In this document: positions 51,519 through 64,000 of the stretch, piece by piece | Position numbering within the stretch: position 1 is the first letter of the stretch | Layout: each line of letters opens with the position of its first letter | Assembly (NCBI RefSeq): GCF_963921235.1 | Contig: NC_086097.1 | Location: 78,680,001-78,744,000 of the forward strand | DNA from: Mobula hypostoma | Taxonomy: Eukaryota | DNA length: 64,000 nucleotides | Reading direction: 5' to 3' | Program-made: the position numbers and the translations under genes | The notes under the pieces: generated by a model | Seen by the model: the letters and a program-made list of their open reading frames with translations, nothing else | Database searches by the model: none | Told to the model about the DNA's origin: nothing

Positions 51519-52596
51519 CATTGTTGCATATTTTTAAAATATTTACATAGCTCCACTAGCAGGTACTTAATAGAGAAAAAAATCTTTCTTTTATTTTTTG
51601 GTTTAGCCTAAAATGCCTTTTTACTGCCTATCCCATATTGCTTGAGAAGGCGCTAGTGAGCCATATTCCTGAACCACTGTGGTCCTCCTGTGAAGGAATT
51701 CCCAAGGCAGTTCCAGGATTTAGACCTAGCAACAATGATGGATTGGTGATAAATTTTCAAGTCAGAATGGACTGCAAATTGGAAGGCAAAATACAAACAG
51801 CTGGCAGTGTTCTTTGTTGCTTGCAGCCTTTGTATTTTGCAGTTTAGGTATGGGTTTGGAAAGTGTTGCCAGGGCAGGAAACTGCAGCACATTTTGTAGA
51901 CAGTACACGTGTAATGAATGTAATACCACTAGTTGCTAACAAGATTCTCAGTTGGGGCTCGTTCACTTACTCCATGACTGACAAGCAAAAGTTGAGTCCG
52001 AGAGCAGAAGCAAAACTGTAAGATTGATGGGAGAAAGGGGTAAGACAAGAAGGTAAGGAATTATATTGACTCAACTTAGAACTGGGCATACTATGCTTAA
52101 TTATTCCTTGTAACTTGTTGGAAGACATCACTCAGGGGTGTGCAGGTTTTGTCATCATTATGAAACAGTAGAACACATTCTTTCACAATGTGAAGCATAT
52201 AAGGTTGAATGCAGGCTGCACTATTATCTTTGGGGGTCGAAAGTTTTCATTTATAAACTTTACTAAGTTATGGAAGTGAATTTAATTTAATTCACAATAT
52301 TGTCTTTCATTACTTACAGTGTTTTGCGGGTAATTTAGTTTTCATTCAATAAAGAACTAGTAGGGGTTTTATTTCCCAACTCTCTACACCACACTCTAGC
52401 CCAGTTGGTGGTGGTAATGCACCTGTAAGTTGGACTGCCAACCACCATTAAATCAGAAGAAAAAGAAGAGGCAACAAATAATAAACTGGGCATCATTACT
52501 CTTATCCTGTAAACGAATAAATGAAAAATCTGAAAATCCACAAACTCCTTTGCTTGAAGAATGTTTACAGCAGACCTGTAATAAGTTGTTACCTAC

Positions 52597-52849
52597 CTGT
52601 CCAATGCAATGACTGTAAAGCTGAGGACAGTGACTGAACAGAAGACTTTGTGCAGGAATTTGATGATTTTGCAGAACAGCAGGGTATAAATCCACCAGCA
52701 GCAGTATGGATTGGCACTCAGAATGATGTCGAAAGGCACACAAACAACACTTGCACAGATTCCAGCGCAGGCCAGGTTTTTGATGAAACGATTTGTGACG
52801 GACTTGAATACTGTTGTGTGGCACGTTGACCACAATACCATTAGATTTC
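52597..52849 (-). CDS. GPR176: GPR176 (orphan class A GPCR), internal coding exon (TM1 end to TM3)
   Basis: Translates (G)NLMVLWSTCHTTVFKSVTNRFIKNLACAGICASVVCVPFDII...IALDR. Acceptor ttttgatacAG at 52851-52850; donor AG|GTAGGT at 52596. The exon is 253 bp with phase 1/phase 2 ends. Confidence 0.96.
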
Positions 52850-54248
52850 CTGTATCAAAATTAAGTAGCAGAATGGTGAGAAACATTGAGGAATAAAATG
52901 CTGCAGAGACCCTACGAGGTTTTATTTAGAAATCACACTCTTTTTAACATTGTGCTTTAAGACCTGGGCATGTAAAACAAAAATGATTAATTTTACATGT
53001 TTCACAAAAATGAAAAAGAAACAATTGAATGGATGATAAACAGAAATATAATGTCTTTAAAATTCTATGTGTATCTGAAACCAATGTTCTCCTCTGCTCT
53101 CCTGAAAATACCTGCTAATCCATTTTCCACATATTCTAATATCACCCAGTGTTCTTTAAAACTCTTCCTTTGATGTCAGTGAGTTATATTGCACTACTTG
53201 ACTATGTACAGAGTTACAGTCACAATTAACCCCCGAACAGGCTGAGGGAAAATAGTCAGAAATAGCTTTTTTTTTGTACCTTCAACACCAGGTAGAGACA
53301 TAACCTGTAACAATCTTCTCTCTTACCAAGGTTTTTTAAAAAAAGTTTTGACATGAAATATTAATTCATTTGCTCTTTCCACAGATTCTGCCCTGTTGAG
53401 AGAATCCAACATTTTTTGGCTATTATATCATATTCCTGATCTAAGTAATACTTGAGTTAAGATGACTCAAGACAAAACCAGAACTTAAAGCTAAGTAACA
53501 TGATTTATATGGGGCAGTAGCACAAGAAAGGGGTATCAAATCATGAGGGAAGTTATCTGAATTCTTTTATAAGTCAAGCATTTTAATAAATCTGCTATTC
53601 CTCGGTCTTCATATTAGCTCTGACAGTGGATAAATTTTGCAAACATAGTTCCAGTCTGTCCAAAGTTTTCTTCAGCTGACTCCAATAAATAATCAAGGTT
53701 CAAGGAGAAAAGCTGTAAGATATTGGATGACCAAGCCTAAATGAATTTGAACCTTGCACCATATTATCCTTGCAGGTGCTGGTATATGATTTTGTGGAAG
53801 CAAAATTAACAAGACAAAATTAGCCAGACTCCAGACTGAGATTTTTTCTGTATTCATTTGTTGAATGTGGAAATTCTCACTTGCCCTGTTTGAGAACTGC
53901 ATTACTGAAAAAAAAATGGTTTGTGAAGGTATTCCAACTGTATTATCCAGAAGTTTAACTTAATGACAATGACCAGCTATGCATTTCCAAGTCTGAATGG
54001 CATGGGACTTCAAAGTAATCGTGCATCTGACAGTGTTTCCACGTGTTTGTTCTTCTTGTTCTGTGAGTTTGAAAGGTGGGCATGATATTGAAGAAGCCTT
54101 GAGAAGTTCCTGCTGTGTATTTTATGCCTGATATACATTTCAACCATTGTGAAGGAGGGACTGAATGCATAATGTGGTGTAACGCCTGATTACGATTCCT
54201 ACTGCTATGATGTAGGTATTTCACTTTAGTAGTTTTCTGCAAAAGCAC

Positions 54249-55023
54249 TGCGCCCTGCTGCTAGAATGTTTTGGTTTCAGCCAAAGACAAGAAGCCCTGC
54301 TGTTCAACTTAGGAATGTTGTGTCAGCCAATCAGGATGGTGGGCTCTGCAGAAGGCTCTAGAGAGAGCAGAGCGGAGAGAGATTTGTGACTGACACTAGT
54401 CAGGTTTGAGGTCTTTAGGCGGGAGCTGTGGAGCAGGACAGAAGGGAAAATACTGCAGAATGCTGTGGAAAGGAGAGCCCCTGTTGCAAGAAGAGCTTTG
54501 TGCAGATGAATGGCTCCAAGGAGGAAGGTCAATACCCCTGACAGAGAGCCAGTTTGTTTGAGATGGACTTTGAGGGAAGTTCAGACTGTGACAGATGCTT
54601 TCATGCAGACTGTGGGTTCGGCACCATGAATAGCAGTTATACCCAGCTTTGGAAGAGACGAGCTCCAACGGTCATGTGCACGTTTAGACTGGTGTAACCA
54701 TAATTTTTTTCCTTCTTTCTTTTCTTTCACTTAATAACTGTTTGATAAAGCTGAAATTGGTAAATATACTTTTTTATAATTTGACATGGCGTACGATCTA
54801 TTATTTCTTGCTGACTGAAAATTGTGTATGGGCAGTATTTACACAGCATTCATTCAAATCAAGGTTTCTTTTATCAGGTCATTCCTGCTTGGTTGGACCC
54901 CAAATCATACCAACCCTAGACATATGTTTATGAAAGCTGGCCCCCTCACCACTGAGTCACATGGCTGTCAGTAGAGTTAGCTAATGAGCCGAGGTTGTAT
55001 ACGAGCCTGGTGAGGGGGTTACA
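54249..55023 (+). mobile_element. Probable solo LTR
   Basis: CCAAT box (agccaatcag), GA-rich tract, T-rich segment and a GGGGGTTACA 3' terminus; 5' boundary and TSD unclear. Confidence 0.45.
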
Positions 55024-55784
55024 CTGGCTAATTGAATACCAGTCGAGAGAAAAGCATTGTCCTAGATAGCACTGAGTGTTAAAAGAGGGTATTCCATTGC
55101 ACTCCTTATTTACCTCACTGGCAGTTGAAAGGCTTTGTGGAGATGACAGGGGTATCAAACCCCTAGGAATACCAGTCCCCAACTGCTGTTGAACCCAGAG
55201 TATTTGTGTGATAGGTGCAATTAAATTTCTAATCAGTAGTATCACCTGTATATTATTCATACAATATACAGGGACCGAAATCTCATTTAATGTCCAGAAG
55301 AACTGTTTGGACATGAATAAGATATGAATGTTGTTTACCGTCATCATATTCACCTCGGATACTGTTCACGTCCATGTTTTGCTACCTGTGGGAATGAGTT
55401 GATTATTATCAATGAAGTTCTGGACTTTAATACAGACATCAATGGATATCCTCAGTTCTGAGCCTAAGGGAGACATCGATTCACATCGTATACAACAATA
55501 CATATTGCAATACCAATTAACTCAAAATGTAGACCTTGATTTCATTTGTTTGTTTATAAAACTTAAAGTTGTCAATTTAATTTCTCAATCCATGTACTCT
55601 GGTTGATTTATGGTCAAAGCTGTTGTAATGTTTTAATAGCCAACATATTTTCTTTAATCACTGATGGTTTCAACTCTCATTCTGTACTCCTTTTCTAAGC
55701 ATTCTGAATATAAGTTATATTTAAACAGGAATGAAAAGAGAGAATCCTCAAAAGCGGTCAGCGGTGGAGAAAGAAATACTCAAC

Positions 55785-56900
55785 TTTGATCCTGGATTTC
55801 CTCACTTGTAGACCACAGTCAGTTTGGATTGGCAACAGCATCTCCTTCACGATCTGCATCAGCACAGGTGCACCACAAGGCTGTGTGCTTAATCCCTTAC
55901 TTTACACTAATGACTGTGTGGATAAGCACAGCTCCAATGCCATGTTCAAGTTTGCTGATTACATCACTGTCCTGGGCCAAATCAAAAGTGGTGATGAATC
56001 AGCATACAGGTGGGAGCTTGAAAATCTGGCTGAGTGGTGCCATAACAACAACCTCTCATTCAATGTCAGTAAGACCAAGGAACGATTAAAGACTTCAGGA
56101 GAGGGAAAGCAGAGGTCCATGACCCAGTCCTCATTGGAGGATCAGAGGAGGAGAGGGTTAACAAATTTAAATTCCTGGGAGTTACTATTTCAGGGGACCT
56201 GTCCTGGCCCCAGCACATAAGTGCAATTGCAAAGAAAACACAGCAGCACCTCTACTTCCTTCAGACTAGCAGAGATTCAGCAAGGCATCTAAAACTTTGA
56301 CAAACTTCTATAGGTATGTAGTGGAGAGTATATTGACTACAGCCTGGTATGGAAACACCAATGCCTTTGAATGGAAAATCCTGCAAAAAGTAGTGGATTC
56401 AGCCTAATACATCACGGGTAAAATCTCACCCCCCAACCATTGAGCACATCTACATGAAACACTGTTGTAGGAAAGCAGCATCCATTATCAGAGATACCCA
56501 CCACCCAAATCATTCTCTCTTCTCACTGCTGCCATAAGGTAGAAGGTACATGAGCCTCAGGACTCGCACCACCAAGCTCCAGAACAGTTACTACCCTTCA
56601 ACCATCAGATTCCTGAATAAAAGGGGATAACTACACTCAACTTCACTTGCCCTATCATTGAAATGTTCCCACAACCAATGATCTCACTTTCAAAGACTCT
56701 TTATCTCATTATCACCTGTTCTCATAATTTATTGCTATTTATTTATATTTGCATTTGCACAACTTGTTGTCTTCTGCACACTGGTTGATCCTGTTATAGG
56801 TACTATTCTAAGGATTTGGTGAGTATGCCCACAAGAAATGAAACTCAGGGTTGAATATGGTGACATATATGTAGTTTGATAATAAAATTTACATCAACCT
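55785..56900 (+). mobile_element. Rex1/Babar LINE 3' part
   Basis: [43 protein letters not shown] tail. Confidence 0.88.
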
Positions 56901-57292
56901 TTGAAATTTTCCTGCAATTTATAATTATCAGTCTTTAAACAAAATTATAGGCTTGAGATTATCTCATTTGTTTCACATTTCTTTCGATAATAAATGGGCT
57001 ACCAAAATTGAGGGGATGCTTTAATTCTGGATCAATTATAAGCTTTTAGGTGGCCTGCCAAACCAGTTTTGACAGTTTCAATCACTTTAGTACCGATTAT
57101 AAGATGACATCTACATTTCAGGGTTGACAAATGTGTCCACACCAATCCAAATATATGGAGTAATACTGTAACTGTGGTTATTGGGAAATAACATGACTAA
57201 ATATATTAAATAGAATCGCAACTACAGCTATTTGGTTTTGGAGTTAGCCCAGCATGTGGCATAAGGCTGAAAGTTAAAGAGGAGTCCAAAAT

Positions 57293-57436
57293 CAATGTTG
57301 CCAGTGAACGCAGCATCTCTAGGAAGAGGTACAGTCGATGTTTCAGGTCCAGACCCTTCGTCAGGACTAACTGAAGGAAGAGTTAGTCTGATGTGTGTTG
57401 CTTGAATTTCCAGCATCTGCAGAAGTTCTGTTGTTT
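57293..57436. mobile_element. 144-bp rearranged Penelope terminus with hammerhead (57332-57369, minus) and 14-bp TSD
   Basis: GAGGAGTCCAAAAT at 57279-57292 and 57437-57450; first part colinear with 12958-13060, second part the inverse of 12912-12958. Confidence 0.88.
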
Positions 57437-58619
57437 GAGGAGTCCAAAATGATATATTTCCAACAAGAGGTAAGATAGATATTGTGAATCCTTTCCTTAT
57501 TTATATTTAGACATATATTTCATAGGCGAACATAAAGTTTCAGAGAAAACAATGGCTGTCTGTAAAATGGTTTTTATCAATCTATAAAATAAAATGATAT
57601 TTAATGTCCAAAGAGACACAAGAGATTGTCGATGCTGGAGTCTGGAGCAACAAACAACAAGCTGGTTGAGCTCAGCCGTTCATACAGCACCTGTGGGAAG
57701 AGAAGAAATTGTTGCAGTTACAGGTCAAAACCCTGCATCAGGATTGAGAGCAGAAAGGCAAGATGGCCAAACCAAATAAAAGGAAGTGGCAAGAAAGGAT
57801 TGTGTGGTGATCCTTTGGCAGAGGATGGGGTGTGAGATGAAGGATGGGTAGTGTCAGGTTAAGGGGTGGATTTGGAAGACTGTGACAGGTGAATGTTAGA
57901 TGGAGGCAGAGAGATTAAGGAAAAAGAGAATAAACACAGAGGGAGTAAGGTGTGACGAGGGAATCTAAAAACAGGAGACAGGCGCTAAGGGGAGCTAAGT
58001 AGGAATGCAAAATGCTACCAGAGCTGGAGGTGAGAATTGGCAGCATTAAGGGAGAGGAGAATAACAGATGGAACTAGATTGGGCGGGGGGAATGGGGCTG
58101 TGTCAAGTGGGTGGATGGAGCCAGGAAGGAAGGGGGAAAAGCTAGGTGAAGGTGGACTGGGGAGAGGGTAGAAAAGGAGTCATGGTTTACAACTGGGAGC
58201 TCAGAATGACCACTGTGGACTGAGTAAAAGAGTTCTGCAAAACATTCACCAAGTCTGCACTTGGTCTTGCTGATGGAGAGGAAGCCACATCAGGAACACT
58301 GAATGCAGTAGACAAGGTTGGAGGAGACTTGTGTAAACTTTCGCCTCTTCTGGAAGGTCTGTTTATGTCCCTGGATGGTGGTGAGGAAGAAGGTGTAAAG
58401 GCAAGTATCACATCTATTGCAAAGGCAAGGGGCAAGTACCAGGGTTGAGGGAGAGATGGTTAAGGAGAAATGAGAGGACCATAGAGTTACAGAGGGAGAA
58501 AGGGATGGGAGGAGAAAATGTGGCTGTTGGTGAGATTTTATGGCAGACAAAGGACATGGCAAAGGATAAAATATAAATGTAAAAGGATGAAAGGTAAGGA
58601 CCAGGAGAATTTAATCTCT

Positions 58620-58921
58620 AACACAAAATAATCTGCAGATGCTGGGATCAAAGCAACACCCACAATATGCTGGAGGAACTCAGCAGGCCGGGCAGCACCA
58701 GTGGAAATGATGAGTCGACGCTTCGCGCCGGAACCCTTCGCCAGGATTGAAGAAAGAAGGTGGGGGAGGGTTAGAAGAAGGCTCATAGTTTCAGTTGAAT
58801 TATTGTTTTTTTTATTACTGGTTTTTCAACTGAAACTACGAGCCTTCTTCCAACACTCCCCCACCTTCTTTCTTCAGTCCTGGCGGGGGGTTCCGGCCCG
58901 AAGCGTCGACTCATCGTTTCC
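58620..58921. mobile_element. 302-bp fold-back Penelope mini-element with two inverted hammerhead-like motifs
   Basis: 12-bp TSD AATTTAATCTCT (58608-58619, 58922-58933); ~98-bp inverted arms 58702-58799 and 58825-58922. Confidence 0.9.
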
Positions 58922-59858
58922 AATTTAATCTCTGTTCAGTCTGGGAGGAGGCAAGTTGACAGCATAAGTACTAGTAACAGACAAGATGCAAGATCAGGCT
59001 CCTATCAGTCACAGCAGAAGGGAATCCATACTTCCTGAAAAAGAAAATGTCCGTATCCAGGAACATAAACCCTCATTTTGAGAGAAGATGCAGTGGAAAG
59101 GAAGAAACTGGGAGAAAGGAATGACATCCTTCCAAGAGTCAGGTCAGGAAGAGTTGTAGTCTAAATAGCTGTGGGAGTTAGTGAGTTTATAGTAAATATC
59201 AATGGATTGTTTGCCTCATGAATAAAGGGAAAGAAGTGTCAGAAATGCTCCATGTGAATTAGAGGACACGGTGGAAGTTGGTAGCACAAATGATAAAGTT
59301 GATGCATTCAGCACAGGGCCAGGGGGCAGCACCAATGCAGTCATCAATTAGACAGAGAGCATTTGAAACGGGGACTGTCCATGGAGCCAACAATAAGACA
59401 AGCACAGCCGGAGCCCATGTGGGTGCCCATGGCTACATCTTTGATTTTTAGAAAGTGACAGGAGTCAAAAGAGAAGTTGATTAAGGTAAAAACAAGTTCA
59501 GCCAGGCAGATGAGAATAGTGGTGGAGGGGAAACTGTTTGAATATTTGTTGTAGATAGAAACAAAAGGCTTTAAGACCTTCCTGATGGGGGATGGAGGTG
59601 TATAAAGAGGAGGCAGTGGGGGCGGGCAATCAAAGTTGTCCAAACGGTGAAAGGTATGTGAGGGGATCAAGCTGTAGGTAGGAAGGGACTGGACAAGGGG
59701 AGACAGGATGGATTCAAGGTATGAGGAGGGTCAATGCAGGCAGAAACACTGAGTATACCAAGACCATGCTGCTTGTGCAGCTTGGATAACAGACAGAAGT
59801 TGGGAGTGCTGAGATGAAGCACTATCAGGTTAGACGCTGTGAAGGAAAGATCTAACCT

Positions 59859-60530
59859 GGGGAGGGGAGGAGAATCTGGCGGTTCACAACGCAGTGTGCG
59901 CAGCCGCTCCGAAATGATGTTCTATTTGTTAAGTAGGGGCTGTGCACAATCCTGATTTGATGGAGACAGACATGAAGAAGCACGGAGGAACATCTGGAGA
60001 AACTTCTAAAAATGCCTGCTTCGCTGCCGCTGCTACTGTGCGACTGAGAATCTCTGGAGGGGAAGGCCCCAAATCCTCAGATTTGCCTATTGCCTGGTGC
60101 CGGGGTCGGGGTCAAAGTGCTCGGCAAAGATGGTGCTCGGTGTCGGAGGCTCGAAGTTTTCGGACGGACTCAGAGTCGGACTGTGGTCGGGTGCTTCCAG
60201 GATGCTGCATCGGCAAGTTTGCCACGCCGGAAGCTCATGGCAGGGAGAGTTTCTCCCTTCAACCATCTGAGTGAGATGATGGGATTTTCGAGAGACTTTG
60301 AGACTTTTTTTTACCGTGCCCATGGTCTGTTCTTCATCAAATTACGGTATTGCTTTGCACTGTTGTAACTATATGTTATAATTATGTGGGTTTTGTCAGT
60401 TTTTTTAGTCTTGGTTTGTCTTGTGTTTCTGTGATATCATTCTGGAGGAACAAATTGTATCATTTCTTAATGCATGCATTACTAAATGACAATAAAAGAG
60501 GACTGCGTGTCCTCATAATCTAATCTAATC
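59859..60530 (+). mobile_element. Non-autonomous non-LTR element (unnamed family), copy 2
   Basis: Colinear with 28274-28960; inserted into the Penelope RT; (TAATC)3 tail. Confidence 0.8.
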
Positions 60531-61679
60531 TCTGGATATAATCAAATTTATGAAGTGCGGGAGATGATGGCTTGATGTGTCAGTGGGATTGGTAAGAGAA
60601 GATATTTCGGAGAGATGTGATTTGGCCTCTGCAAGGTAGTGGTAGGCCTGTCCGTCTATAATGGCACTGCTTTGATGGCTGGTTTGTGATTGGTGCAAAG
60701 TGAATGGAGGGCTGTGTGTTTGTAGGAAGTGACGTTGGAATGGGCCAGAGGAGTGGAGAAGTCAAGGCGAGTGGTGTTACAGTGGTAATCGAAACTGAAA
60801 AGATCTTGGGGAGGGGGTGACAGTAAAAGGCCTGAATGGGGATGGCCAAGTAGAAGGGGAGTGTTGGAGACATGAGAAGGGGTCATCAGTTGGGAGTAAG
60901 GACTCCTTGCCAAAGAAATAAGTGTGGAGGCAGAAGCAAAAGAAGAGCTCCACGTCATGGCAGGCCTGGAACTTGTTGCGGTATGGACCATGCACAAAAT
61001 GAGCCCTTTGCTAAGGACTAACCACTCAGCATCAGAGAGGAAGAGGTCGGGGGATGGCAAAAACATCTAATTTTTAAATTGGTTAGAGAGGAAAACTTGA
61101 AGCTGCATAGCAATGTGGAATTTTAATGCTTTCCAAAAGATCATCGAGATTACAAAAAAGCCAATCAGATGTGAAGCCTGCTCAGAACGATGAATTTTAT
61201 CTCTAAGTTACTTACTCCTTTAAAGCAGATGGAGTGGAACTGTAGAAGTTTTCTAAATATGCAGGCACATTTCAACTTCTAATCCATAACTGCTGTCAGA
61301 CTGACTGATGAGTTTTCAGGTGATTAGGTCATTGGCATAATGCGCCACTCTATTAAAGCAAATACTTAGTTTGTATTACCTCACTGAGTCAGTGAACAGA
61401 ATTGCAAATCCACTCCCAGTTTACTACACTCTCATTCATTAACAGCTGTGATGTTGTATGTTTCAGAAAAATGCTTCAAATGTATTAAGATATGTATAGA
61501 CTACACCTTCCTCTGAATTGACTAACAAGCACAATTTAGGTTGTTGCATCTATGCAGGCATCTATTGCTTACACCAAGTAATTATGCCATGATAATCCCC
61601 ACATGTATTGTTATGGTACTATATGAATAAAATGTCTGCATTTCAGTGACATGGTTTGCTTTAGCTTTCTTCATTCTAT

Positions 61680-61905
61680 TTATTTATTGTGATACAGCAC
61701 AGAATAGGCCCTTTCCAGCCCTTCAAGCCACACCTCCCAGCAATCCCCCGACTTAATCCTCGCCTAATCATGGCCTAATATGTCCTTGGACTGTGCGGGG
61801 AAACGGGAGCAGTCGAAGGGTCAGAGGGAAAATACACAAACTCCTTACAGGCAGTGCGGGGATTGAACCCGGGTCGCTGGTAAAGCGTTGTGCTAAGCGT
61901 GCTGG
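61680..61905 (-). mobile_element. tRNA-derived SINE (V-SINE/HE1-like)
   Basis: Minus strand gcttagcacaacgc (A-box-like), gggttcaatccc (B box), V-domain-like core, CR1-type tail ctgtgctgtatc..aataaa. Confidence 0.8.
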
Positions 61906-62861
61906 CCTCACTTGTTTCACTGTCAGTGCTCAGACTTCCCAGAACTTGCTTCAGTCAGTTCCAGGAGACATATTTTTCAGCCAGGTAGTTGTGGAATAAG
62001 AGGCCCAGGCCAACATAACAAAGAGACAAAATGGATCAGAACAAGCTCTGCCCATGTAATTCCTTTTTCAGCCTTTCACAGGCAGCAGATGTCATTTCAG
62101 CTTTACCTGTCAGGGATATTATATGCTTCTGAATTCCCTTACAAAAACTATGATAAATACTTCTTATAAATATTGTATTCCCATTAAATACATCATTCAA
62201 AATATTAAAAACTTCAGATGTTTTAAATAAAACATTTAATAAACTATGCAATTTTTTTTAAAATAGTGAATCTACCTTCCCCTTCCCTGTGTTGTCACTG
62301 GGGAACATTAGGAAGCTTTTGCTCTGCCATTGATTCTCCATGGTAAGTACAATGAAAGAGCATAGCCAGGAAAAGGTTGTAAAAGCTTAGCCAGTAAGTT
62401 TGACATTTCCAAATCCAGGCATGACTCCCAGCACTTATTGGCACCTTCACCTAGAAATGCCAGCAACTCAATGCAGAATTTGAAGCATTCCCCAGCAAAG
62501 CCCAGGCCACAAGTTTTCTCGATTTTGATTTTTTTTTTAAATAGTGGTGGGTATGTGGCAATGTCATATGATGAGAAAAGGGCAGTCCAAAATTGATTTC
62601 AGTTTGCCTTGACAATACTGCAGCAAACTCAGAATAATCTTTCATGGTTGACTGAAATCTGTCCATTATCAGTTTCTTCAGAAAACCTGAGATTTGAAAT
62701 TTGACTTTTTAAAATTAATCTTTAAATAATCACTCAGGATCTTTCAGTACAGTATTCTAACTGCTGATATAAAGGTACAAGGACAGAAATCAATTATTTT
62801 CCAATAGTTATCTTTTCAGTTCAAAAAATAAGATAAACCTAGAACATAGTATGGAACTGTG

Positions 62862-63326
62862 TGTCAAGACACTGGAGCAAGGCTCCAATCGCAGACCCAG
62901 TACTGCGCACACAATGATATTAATTGAGTAACAAATCCCAAGGTGGAAACAAAGTCAGCATCAAAGTTCAGGCAGAGATCAAAACATCCAGAGAAATCCA
63001 GAAACAGGAAACAGGCAGAGTCACTATTCAGAAGGACAGAATACAAATTCAAATGCAGGAAAATTCACTGACACAATCTGGCAACAAACAGGTGAAAACA
63101 CAGGACTGAAATACACTGAGCAATAAACAGAGAGGCAGGTGATAGGTGGAGCACAGTGAGACACAGGTGGCTGCAATACAGGTAATAATGAGAAGCAGAT
63201 GAGAGACGGAATACTCAGTAATACAAGGGCTGGAGTAGAGCAGGAGTACATGGCAATACAAAACCACAGACTGACAGCTAGGGGGGATACACACAAAAAG
63301 ACAGAATTCAACTGGAGGTACTGGCA
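62862..63326 (-). mobile_element. Probable solo LTR (Gypsy-type)
   Basis: TGTCA...TGGCA termini, imperfect TSD CTGTG/CTGTA, and a left end (gcagacccagtactgcg) resembling the other LTRs in the window. Confidence 0.6.
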
Positions 63327-63864
63327 CTGTAATGGTTAGATGTTAAGAGAAGATCTGACTAATAAGATGACCTAAATTACTTCTAATTAATACTAATTTA
63401 GTGACTTACATTGTAATTAGAATTCTATCTTAAACTATTGGAAGTAAAAAATGAAATTGATCATATAACTATTAAATTGTCATTAACTAACGAGCTTTTA
63501 AAAACAAAATTTGAATCCTCCCCAGGTCTGAGTTGTATGTAACTCAGTGGTTGTCTCAACTGCCCTCTGATGTGGTTGAATTGTCTCAGGTAAAACTAGT
63601 GATGATTAATAATGCTGGTGCAGCCAACAATATTATAGTTATATCATGAGAATTTTATTTTAAATTATGTCACAAGCTCTGGATCCCAACAAAGCAACAC
63701 CTGACCCAGTGCTGGGAGATCTAGATTCTCTCAATCTCTCATTAATATGAACCCAGGAACATTACATCAGGACCTAGATAAATTTGTAATTAAATTGAAG
63801 CATAACTGTTCAGCTTTTCTCTAAAGGAGCCCATATTACAGTAAGTAGACAAATGGGATAGTAG

Positions 63865-64000
63865 TATAACCCGGCCATGGACAGTCCCAGGCCTGACTGT
63901 GAACTGAGGAGGGTTCACTTGGGGCTAGCAACCCCATCACATAAGAAACTAAATCTACAGAAATGCCAGCAGAAGCTCCAAAGACTTCATCCCTGGGAAA
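63865..64000 (+). mobile_element. Possible RTE-type LINE 5' region fragment
   Basis: gaggagggtt...ggggctagcaaccccatc motif resembling RTE 5' UTRs, from memory only. Confidence 0.3.

Larger units (their letters stand above)
57615..61045 (-). mobile_element. Older decayed Penelope element with two nested insertions
   Basis: CLAELVFTLINFSFDSCHFLKIKDVAMGTHMG, VLSKGL, PCLCNRCDTC; colinear with 12912-15530. Confidence 0.85.

Noticed and set aside
52850..52886. N-terminal MFLTILLLNFDT of the 97-aa ORF
   Set aside because: Intronic; the exon starts at the acceptor at 52849.
61850..61900. tRNA gene
   Set aside because: The A/B boxes belong to a SINE head; no cloverleaf.
63865..63960. HDV-like ribozyme in a putative RTE 5' UTR
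   Set aside because: I could not build the nested double pseudoknot from the sequence.

Overview
Eukaryotic genomic DNA, most likely from a cartilaginous fish (probably a ray). This is inferred from the repeat repertoire: CR1, Rex1/Babar, Penelope, V-SINE and Deu-type SINEs. The only host gene I can support is the orphan GPCR GPR176 on the minus strand, with coding exon 2 at 52597-52849, a 33.0-kb intron, and the last coding exon at 18471-19596; exon 1 lies beyond the right edge. Most other interpretable sequence is transposon-derived, much of it nested. Highlights: (1) a young Penelope element with an intact minimal hammerhead ribozyme, plus several tiny fold-back Penelope insertions, three with clear target-site duplications; (2) a chromodomain Gypsy with a Tf1/sushi-type self-priming PBS; (3) inside it, a Tc1 element whose terminal repeat closely matches Sleeping Beauty as I recall it (horizontal-transfer candidate) and a LINE-bracketed 1.5-kb captured genomic segment; (4) a CsRN1-clade Gypsy and a HERO/NeSL-like fragment; (5) a twice-present ~680-bp non-coding retroelement with a YY1-like head and a covarying 3' hairpin; (6) a near-perfect 180-bp inverted duplication 15 kb apart. 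Family assignments rest on motif recognition and recall; no database searches were run.
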